A stretch of DNA of 64,000 nucleotides. Origin: a virus. Position numbers and translations under genes: made by a program. How positions within the stretch are numbered: position 1 is the first letter of the stretch; every line of letters begins with the position of its first letter. The notes under the pieces were generated by a model. It was not told the origin of the DNA. It made no database searches and saw nothing but the letters and a program-made list of their open reading frames with translations. Location: IMG/VR virus record IMGVR_UViG_3300034103_001746, positions 64,001 to 128,000 of that record. One strand, given 5' to 3'. This document shows positions 23,401 through 31,806 of the stretch, one piece after another.

Positions 23401-25377
23401 GTTACACCGTTGTACTGGTCACTGAATAAGCATTTTACTAAGATAGAAATCGAAGGAGGAGAAGAAAATTTTGACCTTGTAGCAGAATATAAACGATGTG
23501 TAGAGACCAACCCCGGTGGTTGTATTACTAATTCAGTAAATCCGGCCGTTACATCGCTTGCTACAATCGGACCAGGCCCAATTTGTCCGTTTACTTGTCT
23601 TGTCTGTAACCCAAGAGGTTGGGCCAGCAGCCCTGCTGTGCCATCTAATTGTAGTATATTAACAAGCACAAATAAATCTGTTAAAATTGGTAGTGTTAGT
23701 AGAGGGGTGTTTTCTTATTATTCTTGTTCACCAAGACATAGTAGTGTTAGTTTATCTCCCGCTTTATATGAAGGAGACTTTGATGGTCTTATGGGTGGTT
23801 TAGCTATTAGAGATCATAGTTTTGTAGCCAATTGCAATCCTAAACCAGCCCCATGCAAAGGTAATTGTGTGTCTTTAGATGCAGAAGATCAGTTTGGTAA
23901 AATTTTTGATCCATTAAGATATACAGCTAATTCTTTATATACTCCGTGTGAATGTCAATCATACTCATATGATTATTGTACTATCACAGAAAATTCTTGT
24001 AATTGCAAAGCATATGCTAAAGGGTTTCCAAAGATTTTTGATTATGAATTCGATAATTGTAACTATACATTTAATAATATGAAAGGTCATTTGTATAAAT
24101 ATGAAGATGGCGATCCTATAGAATCTAATAAAGTTTCTGAAGATTATGGGTGTTCACCGCAAGCGGAAACTCTAGCTATTGGACAAAGAAACGGAAAGGC
24201 TGATGAATTTTGTTATTGGCTTGAATGTGAGGGACCAACCCCTCCCAATTGGGATATATATAATATTATTACATCCACTCCGAGTCCATATGAACCAAAA
24301 TGTCCGGTATTTTTATGTTCTATAACTTATGATAATAATACTGCCACCGTTAATTTAGCTGGGGGAACAGCAGGATGTTTTGATATTAATCTTAGAAATG
24401 ATTGTCCAGTCATATCAATTACACTACCTAATAATTCATTTACATTTACAGACTCTATTAATAGTGAATGTACAGAATGTAATGTAGATAAAAATATAAT
24501 ATCTATGAATCCAAAAGAGCAAAATCCAGACTGGGATATTATTACAGAAACTAGAACTGCAATATTAGGATATCTACCAATAGAGGGCAATAAAAACGTA
24601 GATGTAATTGGTGGTGGCGGTCGAACATTTGCAGATAACATAATATGTAATCCTCTCATACAGCTTTGTTGTTACGATAATTGTTACTCATCATCATCTG
24701 CAACTTTACAATGTGGTCAATCGGCTCCTAATAGTTGGCCATGGAGTCATGCTTTGGTTTGTAATTTAAATGGGGCACCACCTCCCACATTTACTCCGTG
24801 TATTTCTAATCCTATTCCAAACGTAGGCGTTAATTCTACTATAGTAAGCAACATACTTGGTGGAATAAATTTTGCTGTAGGCTCTGATAATAGCACTGTT
24901 AAAAGAAACCATATTGCTCATTGGAAAGATTTAATGAAGGCAGCATACTTTGATGTTTCAGCTTGTCATAATAATTATGGGGTATTTCAGGTAGAAGATC
25001 TTGTAGAAGGTGTTGTCCCTGGTTCTTGTACAGATGTAAAGTTTGAAGTTTTAACATATCCAATGGTTGCATGGAGACAAACATTGAACGGTGGTCAAAT
25101 AGAAAACGGCTATTTAGGCGTTCATGTTGCATATTTTCAATATGAATATAGAAGACCAAGAACCATTCAAGATGTATTTCTTAAAGATGAAGCCACTAGA
25201 TGCTCCACAAGAATTGCATACCCTGCTCCATCCTCTTATAATATAACTGAAAAATATACTATAAAAGATTGTCAGTCCACACCATCGTGTTTCGACACTA
25301 AGATTGCTCCATGCAATGTTGGTAATATTTGTTGTGAACAACATCAATCTAATGCTAATATCACATCGAGGCCATAA
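17413..25377 (+). CDS. Giant protein with Cys-rich C-terminal region, probably virion/receptor-binding
   Basis: 2654-aa ORF in the tail operon; Cys/Pro-dense after about 23200. Confidence 0.6.
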   Translation: MSNNCTIFKKSLFKDVSNLSNFTLEIDWLKGLIPEYQADNSGIWLPIVVKKDQTKINFVDILSRAESEQSLFDPCDCIATTGNSLEDENSEDISLDCIYCYKNGIDYQFDWQLVDQNRNISSPVINSKCCDGACDVRMTKDDYLAKLPVLNSSYITKFYDWKNKLQFPACSNKGLGYEQFAYNNVLSSFKNNIPRLMIDWKIKERISEIPPNDIDSYHKDIDTHEKSYTRSLINSKTCGNFLLTKLNESYIKNPIYPVLSGLIGDIAMTGNFSKLIPAVKDFTKPYGFKNQDHFNIFAKTEKVGSYWKWNYSSGVLCWYRYFDIDLPENEDNRLIKGVDLYISDGDMFYATNDGPEPTPVDQNQNPPNIKSCPSGLKLVKNNTITGIIPSGSEFIYISENIYNKVYNIINKLDDLEASLDIADDNKISPINKLQLSALLATGPNYYEVTVDLLKTIPNLEDLQKDYARDVYQQIKVFNSGMLLKQQHQANKLNIVKTKEDLINTLVNKYGYYVWCPPNSSISLDFKKSYDVHAYIDLDFEPVVQETNTFFSRPCTPPTDCLDTTTERNFSYDQKIVAGNLIFSTNIDKRYKSQICKNGEFSIDRAVNIISAYFNDRLIKEEIYGSGCTVFNQKYLRAPSFDIALDKIGNTLCSQYKLCNKSLAFTYNNDNNWFGTNNELKEGKFLDASVVLGRRYPANASNINIDRIGFHTDGGLYYDSNNLGSGNVLFLNDISSSDPGFYSIQFKTKDVGIKLYDINIHHLRDKKFSKCKTFPLDQACKCFPLSSVTGYRYNCDGSLTFSNDGAVLYTPNISTQSSPVLLSYGGYSSEELLNIIQEQRIPNHPDPEIILNTVNRIIDPLNPYGCSKEISAGFPNYLYTKWSMGLPNYSTDHIDVWMKLFENVSLFNPTIPKYDYETGEFETINNPSYRRYTTKAIVNGNTIYNNQQKVLFDKDTSIPNSFDIELTNPFLFALLSQLSEDMEKNKLLYTNLPCSLDTTNRDAYLNNINLTFKQVPRKQVLNFQIQPLSSAGKINKTFFHPNEGIINNSIFYNLTSLTFNNKNCSFDFAYEKQLFENGAIDYSDEGIMFSGHISNQMKQILDLNNSLLNHKKLRLYIKYNNIWYEYLNPHLFGFNNKINSTIYPGFPTFFEYAKQDKYKALLHMTEYANNALNTNKLPTITTPSQLIPASVKNNTEFLYFHNTKPTGLINGLSQEFYPLLYSNFILDKNSQRKIVLKGSRPYFMFEEQDPAIFVENITTMPISQQDLIFRNTFIVDAEEKRWRYKGEGNKQLLDSYELVPPRDYRDSNYNELWINYSATNNDGYIANTELKTKPTKIQLIDKQNPKIKFEYSVISKSLYAQKVDAFGNELDSFGYFKQRQHLDVYTVLEIDICENCILKLSEGIVQLVTPTQNTNVNNTDSFVILQNFKDSLKSESYPLLRNKYYETKWGDLIHFDNKTFQDLNNSTILNHALDLYYPSSLYDNILYSISVNNLETGNFKFLITSTNNSNLQTISGVTTYDDVVYYNIHQKYNIGLNNLYMENIITDYQNYLPFIDINFINSSKIKNQPWFNNIYQNFETNTLSTGQFYISGIRSFVETKDLKVDPSKNSVFFISLNKEQKLKPVLFNKSFYYNTLRVDDVYYRLAKLEKEDVYNSTQCATIFMPKINFSSQTFTDYFDTNGFDASSSLIKTTFDTFPIYCDTDKAQALCGNESCSIKTIGFTRLKAGYQHYNYSYITAKDLEGSNSLEFALSVDEGLYNTIGTNMVPYIQRFEIPPNSNLFNNITLDGTDNCLIGADNRPSRQQNYIDTEYQNKLVEYILPEDKKGDLVRDTDILANEMLFRLIYGSKQQISYDNIKKKTTADIIKDNTKKSISYLLQYSEPRTTADVIYDLIPYDYSVNADVSKRKINGSISIDGVLAVGSNVSVNIGGYVITISIQNINNKICAVASCNGKTYTSSFFDTKPTSTTTTAVTAGTILYPPSENSRIVKLTTCRGGVTPLYWSLNKHFTKIEIEGGEENFDLVAEYKRCVETNPGGCITNSVNPAVTSLATIGPGPICPFTCLVCNPRGWASSPAVPSNCSILTSTNKSVKIGSVSRGVFSYYSCSPRHSSVSLSPALYEGDFDGLMGGLAIRDHSFVANCNPKPAPCKGNCVSLDAEDQFGKIFDPLRYTANSLYTPCECQSYSYDYCTITENSCNCKAYAKGFPKIFDYEFDNCNYTFNNMKGHLYKYEDGDPIESNKVSEDYGCSPQAETLAIGQRNGKADEFCYWLECEGPTPPNWDIYNIITSTPSPYEPKCPVFLCSITYDNNTATVNLAGGTAGCFDINLRNDCPVISITLPNNSFTFTDSINSECTECNVDKNIISMNPKEQNPDWDIITETRTAILGYLPIEGNKNVDVIGGGGRTFADNIICNPLIQLCCYDNCYSSSSATLQCGQSAPNSWPWSHALVCNLNGAPPPTFTPCISNPIPNVGVNSTIVSNILGGINFAVGSDNSTVKRNHIAHWKDLMKAAYFDVSACHNNYGVFQVEDLVEGVVPGSCTDVKFEVLTYPMVAWRQTLNGGQIENGYLGVHVAYFQYEYRRPRTIQDVFLKDEATRCSTRIAYPAPSSYNITEKYTIKDCQSTPSCFDTKIAPCNVGNICCEQHQSNANITSRP

Positions 25378-25379
25378 TA

Positions 25380-25871
25380 ATGATATCTGATACCAGCCCA
25401 TATTGTAACTTAACCGATACCGGCACAATATTTAATAACAAAAAAGTATATTCTTGTGAGTATTGTGGAATTAAAATTGGACTAGATAATCCTGATACAA
25501 AAATGTTTTGTTTTAAAAAAATACAAGATTTTTCAATGTCTATTAAAAAATATGCTAATCCATCAGCAGTTGTTAATCCTATTGATATAGGAGAAAAAGA
25601 ATTTTTACAAGATATTGTCTTAAACAAAGTTATTCAAGATCATTCCGAAGAGCAAAAAATTAAAACTAATGAAAACAATCCATTAAATCTTTGCAGTGAA
25701 GAACAAATAGAATCAAGACTTAAAGTATGTAGATCATGTGAATTTTATAAAGATAATTCATGTATGTTATGTGGGTGTCAAATAGTTAGAGAAGCTAATC
25801 ATATGAATAAGCTAGCTCATAAAGATCAAAAATGCCCAGCAGATAAATGGGGGCCTATCGTTGACGAGTAA
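25380..25871 (+). CDS. Cys-rich small protein (DUF6171-like C-terminus)
   Basis: RLKVCRSCEF...CMLCGC...KCPADKW pattern. Confidence 0.6.
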   Translation: MISDTSPYCNLTDTGTIFNNKKVYSCEYCGIKIGLDNPDTKMFCFKKIQDFSMSIKKYANPSAVVNPIDIGEKEFLQDIVLNKVIQDHSEEQKIKTNENNPLNLCSEEQIESRLKVCRSCEFYKDNSCMLCGCQIVREANHMNKLAHKDQKCPADKWGPIVDE

Positions 25872-26820
25872 AAGTTGTTATGCGGGTAACCGGATCCCCG
25901 TATTTAACTATTACAGGAAAACTTTTTGTTTCACCGTCTACTTTGATGACTAATATTCCTCTAATTTGTTGTGCTCGTGACCAATTCATAAAGAAATGAA
26001 CACCAACAACATATTCCGCAAACGGAGCGTTTCCTCTCGCCCAAAATATGTTTTCTATCGGTCTTTGATTTAATAGCCTGGGGTGAGCATTCATATCTAT
26101 ATCCAAAGCCCCGCCACAAATACCAACTCTGTTTGTCCAGTTAATATCAGATCCTATTGGTTTAACTAGAACATATAGATCTAAATCGTCTATAGTATCC
26201 CAGGATAAAGAAATTTGAACATCTCCAGTTTTTGCTCCGTACTGCTGAAGTCTTTTTTGCATCTCTCCAACCTGTGTTTGTTCCATTATATTAGGAACAC
26301 TTTGTTGTTGCGCAATTCCTCTTCTCGATAAAAGAACCTGGTTTGTACGTCCAGTATATTCTATCTTTTTTTCTTCTTTATTAGAGGGCTGCTTAATTTC
26401 TTGTGCAAGATCGGCTGTGTTGATACTGTCTATTAGATCTACTTGTTTCTCTATGCCGGTGTCGGGTATAGCGATACTAGGGATCTCAACACTATCTTCT
26501 AATAAAGACACAGTATCTAGTCCAATTTTTTGAGAAGTGGATTCTAAAGAATCTTTTGATTCTTCAAGAGAAACAATTTTAATCGGATGGTCTTCAAAAG
26601 TTTCTAGATCAGGTTCAGTAGTTTCTTCTGTTGATGTAAAATGTAGAGTTAGTTGTATTTTTTGTTTGTGAACTTCAGAGGGAAACATCATAGCTAAAAT
26701 TAAAAATAATACAGTATGTACTATTAAGCTATGCCAAACCCCTCTATAGTAAAGAATACTAACTATAGACTCAATTTTATTTATGTTTGACTGTCTGTGT
26801 TTTTTTGCCATTTGTGCCAA
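25855..26820 (-). CDS. Membrane-anchored protein with C-terminal YfaP/DUF2135-like domain
   Basis: TM helix WHSLIVHTVLFLILAMM, acidic linker, then GDVQISLSWDTIDDLDLYV, GGALDIDMN and PIENIFW motifs. Confidence 0.7.
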   Translation of the reverse strand: MAQMAKKHRQSNINKIESIVSILYYRGVWHSLIVHTVLFLILAMMFPSEVHKQKIQLTLHFTSTEETTEPDLETFEDHPIKIVSLEESKDSLESTSQKIGLDTVSLLEDSVEIPSIAIPDTGIEKQVDLIDSINTADLAQEIKQPSNKEEKKIEYTGRTNQVLLSRRGIAQQQSVPNIMEQTQVGEMQKRLQQYGAKTGDVQISLSWDTIDDLDLYVLVKPIGSDINWTNRVGICGGALDIDMNAHPRLLNQRPIENIFWARGNAPFAEYVVGVHFFMNWSRAQQIRGILVIKVDGETKSFPVIVKYGDPVTRITTFTRQR

Positions 26821-27113
26821 CCATTATGTGGTAACCAATTGTTGTTGTCATCTTTTCTTTTGGGGAAAAGAGTACCACCCTTCTTATGTTGTCCGAAAGC
26901 CAGAATTGCTCCACAATCACTGCATCGCAATTCATAGTAATCATTGCCGTCTACATTCCTGACGATATATTTAATATTGTTTTTGCTACATAAACCACAC
27001 TTCTCTTCACCAAAAATTTCTTGAATTAGCGCCAGTTCTTTAAAAATCTCTTTTTGTCCAGAACCTTCTAATTCGAATTCTAGTTTTGAGTTTGGTTTAT
27101 ATCGTAGTTTCAT
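26781..27113 (-). CDS. Zn-ribbon hypothetical protein
   Basis: CGLC...CSDC pairs. Confidence 0.65.
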   Translation of the reverse strand: MKLRYKPNSKLEFELEGSGQKEIFKELALIQEIFGEEKCGLCSKNNIKYIVRNVDGNDYYELRCSDCGAILAFGQHKKGGTLFPKRKDDNNNWLPHNGWHKWQKNTDSQT

Positions 27114-27116
27114 AAG

Positions 27117-27833
27117 TTACTTTCTTTGTTTCCAGTTAGGTTGATAATTCAACAGGTCTGGAGATATATTTTCCATATTTTGTTGAAGTTTTGTTAATTC
27201 TTTGATGAGCAACACAGCGTCATCATGAGATATATTATCTATATTATCTGATGATATTGCAAGCGTTTGCATTAAAGAAACCACATTAATATTTAATCGC
27301 TTAGACATTACGTCTATAAAGTTGACCTGATTGTTGCTGATTTTAGAGACCGAATTTTCGTCGGGATTATCTTCTATGTCTTTAGCAATTTCTTCAGCCG
27401 CCACAACTTTACGCAATCTTAATGCTCTACGCAAAGCTCGACCTTCTGCTCTGGTTTCGGCCACAGCCACAGGATGATTACGATATACTTTGTCACAATT
27501 ACCCCAATAAACGTCGGCAGAGCCATCCACAACCACTTTATTTAAAAGAGTAGGGTCCGAAGATGGTTCATTTAAATAAAACGCTATGGAATGAACTACG
27601 GTCGCTCTTTTTTCATTATTTGGGTCCGGAGATTGGACCACTTTTGATACAGATTCTACAACTCTACAATTCATAACCTTTTCAAAAATACGTCTCAAAC
27701 CATCTGTTGTGGGATTTCCGGCTATTTTTTCATCTTCAGATAATAAACTTAATACATGATCGGTCCATTCCAAATCATGAATAGAGGGCATCTTATCTTT
27801 TTCCTTTTTTTCCGATGACTTTTCTTTGCTCAT
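27117..27833 (-). CDS. Putative ssDNA-annealing protein (Rad52/Sak-like)
   Basis: AVAETRAEGRALRRAL motif, C-terminal helical domain, DNA-metabolism context. Confidence 0.5.
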   Translation of the reverse strand: MSKEKSSEKKEKDKMPSIHDLEWTDHVLSLLSEDEKIAGNPTTDGLRRIFEKVMNCRVVESVSKVVQSPDPNNEKRATVVHSIAFYLNEPSSDPTLLNKVVVDGSADVYWGNCDKVYRNHPVAVAETRAEGRALRRALRLRKVVAAEEIAKDIEDNPDENSVSKISNNQVNFIDVMSKRLNINVVSLMQTLAISSDNIDNISHDDAVLLIKELTKLQQNMENISPDLLNYQPNWKQRK

Positions 27834-28627
27834 AGTGAATCCTCTATTTCTATTGTCTTTTCGTTTGAGTTTTTTATGTCTTTAATAGCGTTGATTAATT
27901 TAGTATAAACAATACTTGCTCGTGATTGAGAATAGTCATGTATTTGTTTAACCCTAATCAAGGACAATCCTTTTCCTATTATCAATCCTGTTTTTTTCTT
28001 ATCATACTTTTGATTTCTAGCCAAAACATCTTCTCCCCACACGGGAAGAAAATGAGAAGGACCATCAACCTCAATTGCTAGATTCATTGTAGGAAGAAAG
28101 AGGTCAATTTGCAACTTTGTATTTGATAAGATTTGTTCTTTATGAAACTCTACAACAAACCCATCTTCTAGTAATTTTTGTAGAAGAAATTTTTCTAGTT
28201 TTGATCCTGTTTTACTGCTTTTCCTCACAGCTTGATTAGCTGATGCTATAATATTTTCTTTTTGATCGTCATCTAATGCTTGCCATGCTAATTTACTTTT
28301 ATGTTTTCTAGCATCCAGCGTTTGCTGATCCATATCATCCCAAGACTTCATTACAGACAATCCAATTTTACTTTTTGTAATTTCGTCTCTTGATAAACCT
28401 TTAGTTGGATGTTTATGTTTACCAGTCTGTAACGCATTTATTTGGGCTGCGCTTTTGTCTCTAATTGGTATACCTAATTTTTTAGCGTCTCTTCTAATTT
28501 TATTGGCATAGGTTCCACACTCACTAGCTATGTCGGCAAAACTTTTTTTCTGAACTAAATATTGTTCATTAATTAAAGCTATTTTTTGTTGATCTGATAA
28601 TTTATTATACTTTGGTAATAACATCAT
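27830..28627 (-). CDS. HTH plus Vsr/DUF559-like PD-(D/E)XK endonuclease
   Basis: N-terminal SFADIASECGTYANKIRR helix-turn-helix; C-terminal QIDLFLP...AIEVDGPSHF...YDKKK. Confidence 0.7.
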   Translation of the reverse strand: MMLLPKYNKLSDQQKIALINEQYLVQKKSFADIASECGTYANKIRRDAKKLGIPIRDKSAAQINALQTGKHKHPTKGLSRDEITKSKIGLSVMKSWDDMDQQTLDARKHKSKLAWQALDDDQKENIIASANQAVRKSSKTGSKLEKFLLQKLLEDGFVVEFHKEQILSNTKLQIDLFLPTMNLAIEVDGPSHFLPVWGEDVLARNQKYDKKKTGLIIGKGLSLIRVKQIHDYSQSRASIVYTKLINAIKDIKNSNEKTIEIEDSL

Positions 28628-29069
28628 AAAGTTCCTTAGCGTTTATGTTTTCTATCGTTGCTATAGGTTGCGACCAGCATATACTTAGTAAGTCTTCTAT
28701 TTCTTTATTTCTAGCTATAAGCTTAATATCTGGATTAACATATATACCATGCCAAAACATTACTGGTATAGTATGGTCATTAGACCAGCTTAATTCATCA
28801 ACATAAAGTATTTGTTTTTCTGGAGACGGAAAGGTTTTTGTGACCATAGCGCTTTTAATATCAAAGCACACCAATTTGCCTCTAAAGTATTTGGCTTGAT
28901 TAAGATGTATTATAGGAAATTTTTTATTGGAATCTGTACGATTAAATTGACTATTAAATAGTATGATATTATCATAAGGATGTTGATCGATCATGTCGTT
29001 TAATATATCAATAATCCTATTGCATTTATCAGAATGATCAGCGTTTATTAAATAAAAAGCTATGTCCAC
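28605..29069 (-). CDS. Hypothetical protein, possibly a glycosyltransferase N-terminal-like domain
   Basis: 154-aa alpha/beta ORF at the end of the GT operon. Confidence 0.5.
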   Translation of the reverse strand: MDIAFYLINADHSDKCNRIIDILNDMIDQHPYDNIILFNSQFNRTDSNKKFPIIHLNQAKYFRGKLVCFDIKSAMVTKTFPSPEKQILYVDELSWSNDHTIPVMFWHGIYVNPDIKLIARNKEIEDLLSICWSQPIATIENINAKELYDVITKV

Positions 29070-29070
29070 T

Positions 29071-29796
29071 TTATGCCTCTATAAGTTTTAGAAGTTTATT
29101 GTTTATAAAATTTTCCATAGAATATTGTTGAATATTATCTTTTAACGATATCAAATTTAATTCTTTTATATTGTCTATTAAATTACCATTTAAAGATATA
29201 TTTTTAATTCCACAAGACTGTGCCTCAAGACTATAAGATTGTGTTAAATCTAACACATATTCAAATTTATTCAATAATACAGCCATATCAGCGCTATTAG
29301 CTAGTCCAATATTTTGAGGGTGATTAAATTGGGGATTATTGATTAATACAATTTTAGTATTACTTTTAGGATATAGGATATCGTCTAACAGCTGATGATT
29401 GATAGTATTATCATTATGCAATATAGTTAAAATTTTATCATTTCTTTGTGTTTTTAAATCCACAAATACTGTTGAATCATATATATATTCATAAGTTTCA
29501 CCTTGCTTTATGGTTTTAATATTAAACTTATGACAATATTCGGTTAGATCCTTATGGACAATATCACCCATAAAAATAACGATGTTAATTTTGTCTTTAA
29601 ACGTATCAACAAACTCATGGAATTCTTGAGTATATTCATATATTGGTAAGATCACCGTATTTGGTTGATATTTATGATAGGCATCAAAAATATTACCATG
29701 TAAAGACCCATTAATAATATCAATCTTTTGATTAAGTTGTTGTAATAGTGGAAAGTATATTCTTTGATTGCAAACATGGGCTAAGATTTTATTCAT
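29071..29796 (-). CDS. Divergent glycosyltransferase-like protein
   Basis: C-terminal LEAQSCG resembles the GT-B EAxxxG motif; operon context. Confidence 0.45.
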   Translation of the reverse strand: MNKILAHVCNQRIYFPLLQQLNQKIDIINGSLHGNIFDAYHKYQPNTVILPIYEYTQEFHEFVDTFKDKINIVIFMGDIVHKDLTEYCHKFNIKTIKQGETYEYIYDSTVFVDLKTQRNDKILTILHNDNTINHQLLDDILYPKSNTKIVLINNPQFNHPQNIGLANSADMAVLLNKFEYVLDLTQSYSLEAQSCGIKNISLNGNLIDNIKELNLISLKDNIQQYSMENFINNKLLKLIEA

Positions 29797-30485
29797 ACTG
29801 TTTCTTTTATTTTGTTAGAGTCTTTTATACTGGAAATTTTGATAATACTATTATTTTTAGTTTTGACCGGATGATAAAGTGTACCAGCATCGATTGATTT
29901 ATTAATTAATTCAAATAAAAACATATTTCTCATAGACTGGTTGTATATAGTCTTATATTTGAGCATAGACGAGTTGTCAATGTATATTATTTCATTCCAC
30001 GCATTATCTGTTAAATTAAAAAACATGTGTTGTACTTTAGAATCAATAATCGTAAAACCAATAGGAAAATCCGCTTTATTAGAATTAGTATAATAGATTT
30101 TTGGTATTGTAAGATCAGAATTTAATAAATTATTTTTGATATCGTTATTAAACAATATGCCATTATTAATAATAATACATCCGTCATATTTTTTTGTATT
30201 GTATTGATTTAGTATAAGTTCAAAAGCATATCCGTGATTAGCTGATTCATATAAATCATTTTTTATGATATAAACATTTGGATATTCGATTCTTTTTTTA
30301 ATTTTATCCAATCCAAAACCCAAAATAACATACGTATCTATTACCTTATCTCTGATGTTGGCAATTTGACAATTTATTAATTCTTTAGATTTAGATTTTT
30401 TAGATTTTAATAAGCCTTTTGGGCCTACAGATTTCATACCTCTAGTAATTTCATAAGATAGAATAAAACAAGCTAATTTTTTCAT
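29793..30485 (-). CDS. Divergent sugar-phosphate nucleotidyltransferase-like protein
   Basis: RGMKSVGPKGLL and VILGFG...N-x-x-Y motifs as in NTP_transferase/LicC; the LAAG and GD motifs are degenerate. Confidence 0.55.
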   Translation of the reverse strand: MKKLACFILSYEITRGMKSVGPKGLLKSKKSKSKELINCQIANIRDKVIDTYVILGFGLDKIKKRIEYPNVYIIKNDLYESANHGYAFELILNQYNTKKYDGCIIINNGILFNNDIKNNLLNSDLTIPKIYYTNSNKADFPIGFTIIDSKVQHMFFNLTDNAWNEIIYIDNSSMLKYKTIYNQSMRNMFLFELINKSIDAGTLYHPVKTKNNSIIKISSIKDSNKIKETV

Positions 30486-30892
30486 AGTTTCTTTTGTAAA
30501 ACAATAACAACATGATTATTGTCATTATATATTTTATATATTTTGATACCATCCATTTGTGAAATAATTTCTATCATATCAGAATCTAAAAATAAAGACT
30601 TAGACTGAGCTACAATATTGGATAAAAATTGACTATTAGCATTTCCCTTAGCGACATCTTTGCAAATTTTTGTGGCGTTAAGAAACTTAAAAGTTAAAAA
30701 GCCAGAATTGGTTAGTTTTTTACATAAATTTACAATATACGAAACCCTATCCTTATACAAATAAGAGTCTAATACTCCACAGATAATTTCTCCGCACGTA
30801 CCATTAGTTACCTTATCTAGATGATCAATAGTCAAATTGAAATAACCATCAAGATTATCTGATTCTGTAATAACAATATTAAGTTTATTCAT
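30482..30892 (-). CDS. Small methyltransferase-fold-like hypothetical protein
   Basis: EIICGVLD...KKLTNSGFLTF resembles the end of a class I MTase fold; no GxG motif. Confidence 0.35.
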   Translation of the reverse strand: MNKLNIVITESDNLDGYFNLTIDHLDKVTNGTCGEIICGVLDSYLYKDRVSYIVNLCKKLTNSGFLTFKFLNATKICKDVAKGNANSQFLSNIVAQSKSLFLDSDMIEIISQMDGIKIYKIYNDNNHVVIVLQKKL

Positions 30893-31806
30893 ATGATATA
30901 TGCCTCATTATTAGACTGATTAATAAGATTGCTGGTATGATTTTTAAATTTTTCAAAGTTGTAATTCAATTCTAGATGTGTCGTATATGTTTCTGTCAAT
31001 GGGGATATTAATGCTTGTTTAGCAACAGAAATAAGATCCTGAACGGTTCTTGCCATATATAAATTTGGCGTATTTGTATAATTATTAATTATCATGGGCG
31101 TAGCATATGTAATAACCTTACATCCACAAGCAACAGCGCACAAGAGATTAATAATATTATGTTCACCAAGATCTATACATACGGAATATTGATTAAATAA
31201 ATCTCTTATTAAGTCTATATCAAAATGAATCTCTGTTAAAATATCAATTTCGAGTCCTTGGCTGTGTAAAAATTGAGCTAATGGTTCTATATTTGGGGAT
31301 TTTTCAAAATTTAAAAGTAATACTTTGTTTGATCTAACTTTTTTCTCTGGATATAGTTTATTTGTAGGAACACCATAATTGTAGACAACGCGATTGTTGA
31401 GCCTCCACGAGTCCGCAACATCTTGAGAAAAGAATACTTTAGTATCTCTTCTTAGGTTTTGATCTAACAATACAACATCTTCTTTTTTAATTTGTTGTGG
31501 TTTATATGAGTGTGTAAAGATAATAGCGTTTAGATGCTCTACAGCAAATCTTTTGTGTGTCGAATATCCAATAATATTATTTGTAATACCAAGATTATAA
31601 TTAAATAGATGCTCTTGATTATTATCAACAAGAGTCATATTAGATTCTTTTAATCCTAAAAAATTATATGTTTTTGGTGAAAAAAGTCTAAATCCACTTT
31701 CTGATAATAGAAGATCAAATAAGCTTCTTTGTGGTTCATATAAAATGTTGATTGGTTGATTATTAAATTTATTTAATATATTACCAGTAATTTTGCTTAG
31801 ATACAT
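30889..31806 (-). CDS. Divergent GT-B glycosyltransferase-like protein
   Basis: YNYGV...LLCAVACGCKVIT matches the GT4 C-terminal pattern with the Glu lost. Confidence 0.55.
   Translation of the reverse strand: MYLSKITGNILNKFNNQPINILYEPQRSLFDLLLSESGFRLFSPKTYNFLGLKESNMTLVDNNQEHLFNYNLGITNNIIGYSTHKRFAVEHLNAIIFTHSYKPQQIKKEDVVLLDQNLRRDTKVFFSQDVADSWRLNNRVVYNYGVPTNKLYPEKKVRSNKVLLLNFEKSPNIEPLAQFLHSQGLEIDILTEIHFDIDLIRDLFNQYSVCIDLGEHNIINLLCAVACGCKVITYATPMIINNYTNTPNLYMARTVQDLISVAKQALISPLTETYTTHLELNYNFEKFKNHTSNLINQSNNEAYII

Noticed and set aside
749-25627. Short antisense or out-of-frame ORFs in the tail module (e.g. 23100..23669, 24327..24659, 9168..9485, 3991..4215)
   Set aside because: They lie within long genes, lack motifs and are best explained as codon-bias shadows
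17413-25871. Diversity-generating retroelement or shufflon acting on tail genes
   Set aside because: No reverse transcriptase, recombinase or template/variable repeat pair seen in this window
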